From the NCBI GenBank assembly GCA_963819655.1, contig CAWFXA010000002.1, positions 1,376,001 through 1,440,000 of the forward strand: a stretch of DNA of 64,000 bases. Direction: 5' to 3'. The translations under genes were made by a program, and so were the position numbers. The notes beneath the pieces were generated by a model. The model ran no database searches, was not told the origin of the DNA, and saw only the letters and a program-made list of their open reading frames with translations. This document shows, piece after piece, positions 33,850 through 42,413 of this stretch. This DNA comes from an uncultured Chloroflexia bacterium (GTDB lineage: Bacteria; Chloroflexota; Limnocylindria; Limnocylindrales; CSP1-4). Within the stretch, counting starts at the first letter, position 1, and every line of letters starts with the position of its first letter.

Positions 33850-34826
33850 TCGAGCCGCTCGATCGCCACGATCCGCTCGATGGCCACCGCCCGGGTCCCG
33901 TCGCAGGCATCGATATCGGTGGCACAAAGATCGCAACGCTCATCGTCGACTCCGACGGCGCCGTCCTCGGTCGTGCGACCCACGCCTCCTCCGTGGGTGA
34001 CCAGGGCGGCGCCGTCCTCGCCATCGCCGCCTGCCTGGATGACGCGCTCGGCAGCGCCGGCCTCAGGCGCGTGGACCTTGTGGCGATCGGTGTCGGCGTC
34101 CCGGGCCGCGTCGACCCGAAGCGCGGCCACGTGACCCTCGCGGTGAACCTCGGCTGGACCGACTTCGCGTTGCGGGACGCGCTGGAGCTCGAGCTCGGGC
34201 TTCCGGTCGTCATCGAGAACGACGTCCGTGCCGCCGCAATCGGCCTGCACGAACGTGGCGTCGTCGGTGACACCAACGACCTCGCCTATCTCGCGGTCGG
34301 TACCGGTATCGCGGCCGGTGTCGTGCTCGACGGTCGACTCCATCGCGGTGCCCGCGGCCTTGCCGGCGAGATCGGCCACGCCATCGTCGATACCGACGGC
34401 CCGCGCTGCGTCTGCGGCCAGCAGGGTTGCCTCGAGGCGTTCGCCTCCGGACCCTCGATCGCCCGGCGCGCGGGCGCGCCCTCCGCCAAGGCGGTCTACG
34501 ACGCGGCCGTGTCCGGCGATCCGGCCGCCACCGAACTCATCGACGACGTCGGGCGACGCCTCGCCTGGGCGATCCACACGCTGGTCATGACCTACGACGT
34601 CCAGCGCGTCGTGGTCGGCGGCGGCGTGTCCCATGCCGGTACGCCGTTCGAGGCCCCGCTGCGTCGGGAGCTCGCGCGCTTGCGTGCCGCGTCGGATCTG
34701 GCCGGGGAGCTCTTGCCGGCCGACATCGTCGATGTCCTGCCACCGGAAGCCGAAGCCGGCGCATGGGGCGCCGTCGCCGTGGCGAGGACCACCTACCAGG
34801 GATCGGAGGTGGTGAGCCACGCCTGA
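33846..34826 (+). CDS. ROK family sugar kinase
   Basis: GIDIGGTK, IENDVRAAA, GEIGH...CVCGQQGCLE; no HTH. Confidence 0.9.
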   Translation: MIEPLDRHDPLDGHRPGPVAGIDIGGTKIATLIVDSDGAVLGRATHASSVGDQGGAVLAIAACLDDALGSAGLRRVDLVAIGVGVPGRVDPKRGHVTLAVNLGWTDFALRDALELELGLPVVIENDVRAAAIGLHERGVVGDTNDLAYLAVGTGIAAGVVLDGRLHRGARGLAGEIGHAIVDTDGPRCVCGQQGCLEAFASGPSIARRAGAPSAKAVYDAAVSGDPAATELIDDVGRRLAWAIHTLVMTYDVQRVVVGGGVSHAGTPFEAPLRRELARLRAASDLAGELLPADIVDVLPPEAEAGAWGAVAVARTTYQGSEVVSHA

Positions 34827-34893
34827 CCCGATCCAGCGAATCCGTTGGCAACGCCACACAACGACCGGACGGAAGAAGCTTCAAGGAGGAGCG

Positions 34894-36288
34894 ATGGACA
34901 CGAAGACGAAGAAGTACCTCGGGTTGCTGCTGGGGGCGATGTTCGCCATCTCGGCATGCACCGGGACCACCCAATCTGCCGCGCCCGCGTCGCAGGCAGC
35001 CCCGAGTGCCGAGGCCAGCGTGGCCCCGAGCACCCCCGCCGAATCGGCCTCGCCGAGCCCGCTGGCAGTCGACCCGGCCGAAGCGGTCATCCAGAACGTC
35101 GAACCGAACGCCGAGATCGGCCTCTGGACGTTCTGGCTGTCGCCGACGTTCGACGGCTGGATCAAGGACGCGATCACCCGGTTCGAAGGGACGTACCCGG
35201 GCGTCAAGGTCAACTGGGAAGATCATCAGGCGACCTTCCAGGACGACCTCAAGAACTCGTTCGCGGCCGGCAACGCCCCGGACGTTATCAACCTGTCGGT
35301 CGGCGAGGGCTGGGTGTCCGACTACGCCACCCGCGACCTGCTGCTCGAGCTCGACAGCCGCGTCCCGGCCGAGGTCAAGGACATCTACTTCGACGGTCTG
35401 TGGAAGGCCCAGAACGTCGACGGCAAGAACTTCCAGTTCCCGTTCTATCAGGGCGTCAGCGTGGAGCTGATCAACACGCGCCACTTCGAGACCGCCGGTC
35501 TCGACCCCGCGGCGTTCCCGAAGACCGTCGCGGAGCTGCCGGCCTTGTGCGCCACGCTCAAGGAAAAGGCCAGCGTCGTGTGCGACCTGCGCCTGACCGT
35601 CAACGACCTCCTCGCGCAGATGGTGTACGAGGGCGACGTCGACGTGCTGTCGGCCGACGGCAGTGCCTTCACCTTCGATTCGCCCGCTGCGGTCGAATGG
35701 CTCCAGATGTATGTCGATATGGTCGCCGCCGGCACCGTCGACAATGCCGCGTTGACCACCCCTGACGATCGCGTCGGGCTGCTGATCTTCTCGGCCGGGC
35801 AGGCGCCGTTCTACCAGACCGGCCCCAACCTGATCCGCGAGGTCAAGTCGAACAACGCATCTCTGTATGAGGACCTCGCGGTCGTGCCGGCTCCTGTCGG
35901 CAAGTCCGGAGTCCTCGGCAAGGGCCTGATGGGCATGTCCGTCAAGGCCGACACGAAGTTCCCCAACGCGTCCATCGCGCTGGCCCAGTTCTTCACGAAC
36001 CCGCGCACCATGACCGAGCTCGCCAAGCAGTCGGCGGTCTATCCGTCGTCGGCCAAGGCGTTCGAGGACCCGTACTTCAGCACCACCACGGACCTGATCG
36101 AGGACAGCGTCCGACCCATCGCCGGCGAGACCATCGCCAAGTACGCTGACATCGTGCCGACGGTTCCGAACAAGGCCGACGTCAACGCCATCGTTCTCAG
36201 CGCGGTCGAGAAGGCCCTGTTCGGCGGCGTGCCCGCCCAGCAGGCGCTGACGGATGCCGTCGCCGAGGCCAACAAGCTGCTCGACTAG
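34894..36288 (+). CDS. Carbohydrate ABC transporter substrate-binding lipoprotein
   Basis: Lipobox ISAC, FEGTYPGVKVNW, AAGNAPDVINL; GGAGGA RBS. Confidence 0.9.
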   Translation: MDTKTKKYLGLLLGAMFAISACTGTTQSAAPASQAAPSAEASVAPSTPAESASPSPLAVDPAEAVIQNVEPNAEIGLWTFWLSPTFDGWIKDAITRFEGTYPGVKVNWEDHQATFQDDLKNSFAAGNAPDVINLSVGEGWVSDYATRDLLLELDSRVPAEVKDIYFDGLWKAQNVDGKNFQFPFYQGVSVELINTRHFETAGLDPAAFPKTVAELPALCATLKEKASVVCDLRLTVNDLLAQMVYEGDVDVLSADGSAFTFDSPAAVEWLQMYVDMVAAGTVDNAALTTPDDRVGLLIFSAGQAPFYQTGPNLIREVKSNNASLYEDLAVVPAPVGKSGVLGKGLMGMSVKADTKFPNASIALAQFFTNPRTMTELAKQSAVYPSSAKAFEDPYFSTTTDLIEDSVRPIAGETIAKYADIVPTVPNKADVNAIVLSAVEKALFGGVPAQQALTDAVAEANKLLD

Positions 36289-36374
36289 CGAGCTGCGTCC
36301 CCAATCGGCCCGCCTCCCGTTCCCCCACGGAGGCGGGCCGAACCCTTGCCAAGGACCGACAAGGATCTGACCCG

Positions 36375-37256
36375 ATGATCGGCAATCGACGCGCGACGCC
36401 GTACCTGTTCCTTCTCCCAGCCCTCGTCCTGCTCGGCGTGTTCGTGTTCTATCCGATCGTCGCCGTCTTCTGGTTCAGCCTCACCGACTACGACATCGTC
36501 CGGCCGCCGGTCTTCGTCGGCCTCGACAACTTCGCGCGCCTGCTCGACGACGACACGTTCAAGCTCGCGTTGGTGCACTCATTCGTCTACCTGCTCGTGA
36601 CGCCGATCCTCATCGTCCTGTCGATCTGCCTCGCGATCATCGTCAACCGGAAGCTGCGCGGGATGCACATCTACCGCGCGCTCTACTTCGTGCCGGCGAT
36701 CAGCGGCAGCATCGCGATCGGGCTGTCGTGGCGCTGGCTGTTCGACCGGAGCGGGTTCATCAACTCGATCCTCCAGTCGTGGGGTGTCATCGATGAGCCC
36801 GTCCAGTGGCTGGCGACGCCCGCGTTGGTCCTGCCGATCGCGATGATGCTCACGATCTGGGCGGGCATCGGCTACTACTCGGTGATCTTCCTGGCCGGGC
36901 TGCAGAACGTGCCCGAGGAGCTGTACGACGCCGCCCGCATCGACGGCTGCAACGACTTCCAGAAGCATCGCTACGTCAGCATCCCGGCGCTGCGGCCACA
37001 GATCGTGTTCGTGGCAGTCATCTCGAGCCTTGCCGCGCTGAAGGTCTTCGACGAGATCTACGTCCTGACGAACCGGACCGGCGGCATCCTCGACAGCGGC
37101 GTGACGATGGTCTTCTACCTGTGGGAGCAGGCGTTCCAGCGGAGCAATGCCGGATACGCGTCAGCGATCGCCATCGTGCTGCTGGTCATCACGCTCGGGT
37201 TCTCGATCGTCAACGTCCGCTTGCTCGAGCGCGGCGCCGTGGGTGAGGGCCGATGA
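36375..37256 (+). CDS. Carbohydrate ABC transporter permease
   Basis: FLAGLQNVPEELYDAARIDG EAA motif. Confidence 0.92.
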   Translation: MIGNRRATPYLFLLPALVLLGVFVFYPIVAVFWFSLTDYDIVRPPVFVGLDNFARLLDDDTFKLALVHSFVYLLVTPILIVLSICLAIIVNRKLRGMHIYRALYFVPAISGSIAIGLSWRWLFDRSGFINSILQSWGVIDEPVQWLATPALVLPIAMMLTIWAGIGYYSVIFLAGLQNVPEELYDAARIDGCNDFQKHRYVSIPALRPQIVFVAVISSLAALKVFDEIYVLTNRTGGILDSGVTMVFYLWEQAFQRSNAGYASAIAIVLLVITLGFSIVNVRLLERGAVGEGR

Positions 37257-38140
37257 GCGCCACGACCATGGCGGATATCCGGGTCGCCGAGCGGTCCCGC
37301 CGACGCTCTGACCGGCCGGGCCGCTGGCTACGCGGCGGTGCGTGGTACCTCGTGCTGAGCGCGCTGGCGTTCATCACGGTCTTCCCCTTCGCCTGGATGT
37401 TCCTGACGTCGATCAAGGGCCCGACCGACGCGATCACCTCGGTACCGCCGCAGTTCCTGCCGAACGACCCGACGATCGCGAACTACCTCAAGGTCTGGGA
37501 CACACTGCCGATTCCTGCGTACTTCCTGAACTCGACGACCGTGGCGGTGGCGACCGGTCTCTTGAACGTGCTGGTCGCCGCGATGGCGGCCTATCCGCTG
37601 GCCAAGATGCGGTTCGCCGGTCGGGACTTCGTGTTCTACCTGCTGCTCGCGACGCTGATCGTGCCGGCCCAGCTGACCTACATCCCGAGCTTCATCCTCG
37701 CCGTCAACGTCTTCCACTACTACGACTCGCTGCCGGCGCTCATCCTCCCGAACATCGTCAGTGCCTTCAACATCTTCCTGCTGCGCCAGGCCTTCCGGGG
37801 CGTGCCCAATGACCTTGTGGACGCGGCCCGCGTCGACGGCGCCGGGGAGTGGCGGATCTGGTGGTCGATCCTGCTGCCGATCGTGCGCCCGTCGCTTGCC
37901 GCCGTGGCGATCTTCACGTTCGTCACGTCGTGGAACGACTTCCTGTGGCCGTCGCTGATGCTGCACACGCCGGAGGGGATGACGCTGCCGGTCGGGCTCG
38001 CGGCGCTGCAGGGGTTCTTCGCGTCCGATTCCCGCTCGATCGCGGCGGGGGTCACGATCACGGTCGTGCCGATCCTGCTGTTCTTCGTCGTCGTGCAGCG
38101 CTACTTCGTGCGCGGGCTGTCGGGGGCCGTCAAGGGATGA
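37253..38140 (+). CDS. Carbohydrate ABC transporter permease
   Basis: VPNDLVDAARVDGA, FVTSWNDFLWP. Confidence 0.92.
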   Translation: MSATTMADIRVAERSRRRSDRPGRWLRGGAWYLVLSALAFITVFPFAWMFLTSIKGPTDAITSVPPQFLPNDPTIANYLKVWDTLPIPAYFLNSTTVAVATGLLNVLVAAMAAYPLAKMRFAGRDFVFYLLLATLIVPAQLTYIPSFILAVNVFHYYDSLPALILPNIVSAFNIFLLRQAFRGVPNDLVDAARVDGAGEWRIWWSILLPIVRPSLAAVAIFTFVTSWNDFLWPSLMLHTPEGMTLPVGLAALQGFFASDSRSIAAGVTITVVPILLFFVVVQRYFVRGLSGAVKG

Positions 38141-38147
38141 TGCCCGG

Positions 38148-39785
38148 GTGACCGAGGCGATCCTCTCGAGGGTGATGCTCGCGTTCGAGGGGGAGGTGCT
38201 GCCGGAGTCGGTGGCGCGTCGGTTGGCTGGTGGACCGGTGGCGGGGGTGACGTTGTTCCGGCACCACAACGTGCGGACGCCGGGACAGGTCCGGGGGCTG
38301 ACCGATGCGGTGCAGGCGGCGGCGCGTGCCGGTTCTCCGGCTGGTGGCGTCGCCGGTTCCACGGCTCGTGGCGTCGCTGGCTCCCCATCGTCGCCGATCC
38401 TCGTCGGCGCCGACCAGGAGGGCGGGCAGTTCATCGCTCTGGGCGACGGCTCGACGCCGTTCGCCGGCAACATGGCCCTCGGCGCGGTCGACGACGAGGT
38501 GCTGACCGAGCGCGTGGGTCGCGCGATCGGCGCCGAGGCGCGGGCGATGGGCGTCAACGTCGTTTACGCGCCGGTGCTCGACATCGCGTCGAACCCTCCG
38601 AACCCGGCGCTCGGGATCAGGGCGTTCGGCGACGATCCGGCACTCGTCGCGCGGCACGGGGCGGCGATGGTGCGCGGTCTCCAGGCGGCCGGTGTGGCGG
38701 CAACTGTCAAGCACGCCCCGGGGGCTGGGGAGGCCGCCGCCGATCCGCACCATCGGCTCGCCACGGTCGGCGCCTCGCGCGCGACCCTTGACACGCGCGA
38801 GTTCGTGCCGTTCCGCGCGGCGTTCGCGGCGGGAGCCCGAATGGCGATGTCGGCGCATGTCGCATTGCCCGCCGTGACGGGTCGCGATGACCTGCCCTCG
38901 ACGTTGTCGCGGGCCGTGATGACCGACCTGCTGCGGCGCGATCTGGGCTTCGAGGGCGTGACGATCTCCGATGCGCTCGACATGGGCGCGCTCGCCCAGG
39001 GTCCCGACCAGGTGGTCGACGTGGTCGCGGCCGTGCGGGCCGGCGTCGACCTGCTGTTGTGCGGCGCGGATCCGGCCGCCATCGAGCGGATCGAGCGGAC
39101 GCTCGTCCAGGCGGCGCACCGCGGGCTGTTCGACGAGGCCGAGGTGGCCGGCACGGAACGTCGTGTTGCAGCTCTCCGGTCGTGGCTCGGCTCGGCCGGT
39201 CCAGCGCCGGATCTCGCCGTCGTCGGTGGCGCGGACCATCGGGCGCTCGCCGCGGAGCTCGGCGCGCGATCGATCACGCTGGTGCGCGATCTGGCCGGGC
39301 TCCTGCCGGTTCGCTGGGGCGCATACCGGCGCGTTCTCGCCGTCATGCCCCGACCGTCGGACCTCACCCCGGCCGACACCTCGTCGACGGTCGCGCCGAC
39401 CCTTGCGGCCGCCCTCCGTCGCTACCATGCGGACGTGGACGAGGTGGTGGTCGAGCCCGAGTCGAACGCGGGGGCTATCGCCGCGATCCGTGACCGCGCA
39501 CAGGCCGCGGATCTCGCGGTCGTCGGCACCATCGACGGGCACCGGCTCCGTTCCCAGATGGCGCTCGTCGACGCCGTCGCGTCGACCGCCACGCCGACGA
39601 TCGCGGTCGCGCTTCGTGGGCCGTGGGACGTGGCGGCCTATCCGGCGGGCGTGACGGCCCTGGCGACCTACTCGATCCTGCCGGGCTCCCTCGAGGCGCT
39701 GGCTGCGGTCCTCGCCGGGGAGGGCGTGGCGAGCGGCCGACTGCCGGTCAGCGTGGGGCAAGCCGCTGTCCTCGCCGATGCCTGA
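38148..39785 (+). CDS. GH3 beta-N-acetylhexosaminidase-like protein
   Basis: ADQEGG, YAPVLD, KHAPGAG...DPH, ISDALDM; C-terminal GH3 domain. Confidence 0.85.
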   Translation: MTEAILSRVMLAFEGEVLPESVARRLAGGPVAGVTLFRHHNVRTPGQVRGLTDAVQAAARAGSPAGGVAGSTARGVAGSPSSPILVGADQEGGQFIALGDGSTPFAGNMALGAVDDEVLTERVGRAIGAEARAMGVNVVYAPVLDIASNPPNPALGIRAFGDDPALVARHGAAMVRGLQAAGVAATVKHAPGAGEAAADPHHRLATVGASRATLDTREFVPFRAAFAAGARMAMSAHVALPAVTGRDDLPSTLSRAVMTDLLRRDLGFEGVTISDALDMGALAQGPDQVVDVVAAVRAGVDLLLCGADPAAIERIERTLVQAAHRGLFDEAEVAGTERRVAALRSWLGSAGPAPDLAVVGGADHRALAAELGARSITLVRDLAGLLPVRWGAYRRVLAVMPRPSDLTPADTSSTVAPTLAAALRRYHADVDEVVVEPESNAGAIAAIRDRAQAADLAVVGTIDGHRLRSQMALVDAVASTATPTIAVALRGPWDVAAYPAGVTALATYSILPGSLEALAAVLAGEGVASGRLPVSVGQAAVLADA

Positions 39786-39794
39786 CCGGATACA

Positions 39795-39962
39795 CCGCCA
39801 GATACTCGCCCGGGGAGTCTTGGGCAGGGTCCACGGCTCGTCACGGCCATGGCGGGCAGGTCGCGGAGATGATTCGTGCACGGCGACACGGCGAAACGAT
39901 CCGAATCGCGCTCGATCGGGCTGGATTGCTCGCCTAAGACTCCCACGGCGAGTTTTTGGCGG
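39795..39962. repeat. Solo family A inverted-repeat doublet, 168 nt
   Basis: CCGCCAGATACTCGCCCGGGGAGTCTTGGGCA (39795-39826) and inverted CCGCCAAAAACTCGCCGTGGGAGTCTTAGGCG (39962-39931). Confidence 0.85.
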
Positions 39963-39989
39963 AGTAGAGCGATCTGGCGGGCAACTCGC

Positions 39990-41027
39990 ATGACGCTCCG
40001 CGACGAGATCCTCGAACAGCCCGAGGTCGCGGCCCGCTTTCTGCGCCGCGCCCCCGAGGTCGTCGGACCGCTCGCCGACACGATCCGCGAGCGCGGGGTC
40101 GACCACGTCGTCATCGCCGCCCGCGGCACCAGCGACCATGCCGCGATCTACGCCCAGTACGTCCTCGGCGTCCGACATGCGCTGTCGGTCGGGTTGGGGA
40201 CGCCGTCGGTCATCTCCCTGTACGGAGCCCAGCCGCGGCTCGACCGCTCGCTCGTCATCGGGATCAGCCAGTCGGGCGCGTCGCCCGATGTCGTTGCGGT
40301 CATCGAACTCGGCCGCCGCCAGGGCGCCCCGACACTCGCGATCACGAACGAGCCGTCGTCGCCGCTGGCGCTGGCAGCCGAGACATCGATCGACCTCGGA
40401 GCCGGTCCGGAGCTGGCGGTCGCCGCGACCAAGACCTACACGACCGAGCTCCTGGCGATCGCCGCGTTGTCGGCGGCGATGACCGGCGAACCGGCCGACA
40501 GCGCGGCCCTCGTCGCGATCCCGGACGCGATGGCCGAGGCGCTCGTTCTCGAGCCCGACGTCGAGTCGATGGCGCGCGACCAGGCCGCGGCAGATCGCCT
40601 GCTCGTCATCGCGCGCGGGTACGAATATGCGACCGCGCGTGAGTGGGCGCTCAAGCTCAAGGAGCTGGCACGGGTCTTCGCTGACCCGTATTCCGCCGCC
40701 GACTTCGAGCACGGGCCGCTCGCCCTGCTCGAGCCTGGTGTCCCGGTCCTCGCGACCGTCCGGCCCGGCCCGACGGAGGCACCGCTCGTCGCGTTGCTCG
40801 AGCGATTGCGCGCCGAGCTCGACGCGGAGATCGCGGTCGTCTCCGATCGGCCGGCCGCGCTCGCGGTCGCGCGCTGGCCGTTCGCACTCGCGGAAGGAAC
40901 GCCGGAATGGCTCGGCCCGATCGTGTCGATCGTGATCGGCCAGCTCCACGCGCTCCATCTGACCAAGGCGCGTGGCCTCGATCCCGAGCGGCCGCGCAAT
41001 CTGAACAAGGTGACCCGCACGCGCTGA
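39990..41027 (+). CDS. Double-SIS domain protein (GlmS C-terminal-like; probable glucosamine-6-phosphate deaminase)
   Basis: EILEQP, ARGTSDHA, ISQSGAS, AVAATKTY, EWALKLKE, PRNLNKVT. Confidence 0.88.
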   Translation: MTLRDEILEQPEVAARFLRRAPEVVGPLADTIRERGVDHVVIAARGTSDHAAIYAQYVLGVRHALSVGLGTPSVISLYGAQPRLDRSLVIGISQSGASPDVVAVIELGRRQGAPTLAITNEPSSPLALAAETSIDLGAGPELAVAATKTYTTELLAIAALSAAMTGEPADSAALVAIPDAMAEALVLEPDVESMARDQAAADRLLVIARGYEYATAREWALKLKELARVFADPYSAADFEHGPLALLEPGVPVLATVRPGPTEAPLVALLERLRAELDAEIAVVSDRPAALAVARWPFALAEGTPEWLGPIVSIVIGQLHALHLTKARGLDPERPRNLNKVTRTR

Positions 41028-41181
41028 ACGCGGGCTCGGAACTGCGGCGTGCGCCGATGCGTCGTGCATCCGATCGTCAGCCCGAGACGAATCCTGCGGT
41101 GACAACGGGCCACGCCGTTCCCCCGTCACGCGGGTTTCGGTCTTACACTGCGCCAACGACATCGAGAGACTCGGAGGGTCG

Positions 41182-41622
41182 ATGCGTCGCCGTCGCATCT
41201 GGTTGAGACGTCTCACGAAGGCCGCCGCCACGGTGGTCGTCGGAGCGATGCTCGGTTTTCTGGTGCCGAGCGTCCTCGCCGACGTGAACGCCAAGCCCGA
41301 GGTCCAGGCGCAGAGCGCCGAATCGCCGGTCGCGCGTCAGTTCATCACCGCGTTCGTCGCGGATGACCAGGTGACCCTCGACCTCCTGCAGATCGGTGCC
41401 GACACGAAGGCCAAGGCCTCGCGCTTCAAGGCCGAGTACGTCAAGGTCGATCCGCCGGTGCACCTCGGGTCGTGGATCATCGGTGGCGGCCTGACCCTCC
41501 ACGCCTACGCAGCTCACGTGGTCGATCAGTCAGGCGTGGAGGATCAACTGGCCTGGCGGGTCGCGACCGGGGCAGGCAGCGTGGGCCTGATCGACCCGCC
41601 CGCATCGACGACGACGCCATGA
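41182..41622 (+). CDS. Hypothetical membrane-anchored protein
   Basis: GGAGG RBS, basic N-terminus plus TM helix, stop overlaps the next ATG. Confidence 0.7.
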   Translation: MRRRRIWLRRLTKAAATVVVGAMLGFLVPSVLADVNAKPEVQAQSAESPVARQFITAFVADDQVTLDLLQIGADTKAKASRFKAEYVKVDPPVHLGSWIIGGGLTLHAYAAHVVDQSGVEDQLAWRVATGAGSVGLIDPPASTTTP

Positions 41623-42413
41623 CAAGCGAACCCGTGCGGGAACCGGACGCCGACGAGCCCGTCCTGGAGCCGCGCACCGAACCCGAAACGCCCGCGCAGG
41701 CCGAATCGGAGGGCGCGGTCGCCGCGACCTCGGCCGGCTCGGATGAGGCGGTCGCCGCGACGTCGGCCGGCGAGGACGCGACGGCAGCTGTCGAAGGGCA
41801 GCCGGCCGCCGATGCCCAGCAGTCCACCGAAGAAGCGACAGCGGCCACGCTGGCTGCGGCAACCGCGCTCGACGTCCCGGCCGGAAGTGGCGATGCCGCC
41901 GCCGTTGCCGACACGACCGTCCCCGCCAACCCCGAGGCGGCGCCGACCGTCGAGCCCACGACGGAAACCGCGAAGCAACGCCGGCGCATAGTGGTCATCG
42001 CCGGCCTGCGGCGCGTGCTCGCCTTCGCCCTGGCGGTCCTCCTGTTCGCCGGCGGGGTGGCCATCGGCCTCAGGGTCTTCGAGATGAACCAGCCGGCTGC
42101 CCCAGTCACGGCGACGATCGACTCCGCCGCGACCCCACCCGCTGTCGCACAGGAATTCATCAGGGCGCTCGCCACGAACGACGCGGATGCCCTGCGTTCG
42201 TCGCTCGATCAGCAGCCGCACAAGGACATCACGGACGAGATGACGCGATTCGGCATCCATCGCGTCCAGAGCATCGAGACGCTGAAGACCGAGATCGATG
42301 GCACCCGGTCGGCCACGGAGATCATGATGATGGCCGAGAACGCCGACGGCCTCGGGTTCGGCATCAACCTAGTCATCCTCGTCGATGGCGGGAAGATCGA
42401 GGGCTTCCGATGA
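41619..42413 (+). CDS. Hypothetical membrane protein with acidic low-complexity N-terminus
   Basis: ATG 41619 (ATGA overlap), Ala/Glu/Thr-rich region, one TM helix, C-terminal domain resembling the upstream protein. Confidence 0.7.
   Translation: MTSEPVREPDADEPVLEPRTEPETPAQAESEGAVAATSAGSDEAVAATSAGEDATAAVEGQPAADAQQSTEEATAATLAAATALDVPAGSGDAAAVADTTVPANPEAAPTVEPTTETAKQRRRIVVIAGLRRVLAFALAVLLFAGGVAIGLRVFEMNQPAAPVTATIDSAATPPAVAQEFIRALATNDADALRSSLDQQPHKDITDEMTRFGIHRVQSIETLKTEIDGTRSATEIMMMAENADGLGFGINLVILVDGGKIEGFR

Noticed and set aside
38130-41294. 1054-aa minus-strand ORF and other long antisense ORFs (e.g. 17733-19109, 53233-55374, 42209-43768)
   Set aside because: Shadow frames of well-supported genes in high-GC DNA, with no recognisable motifs.
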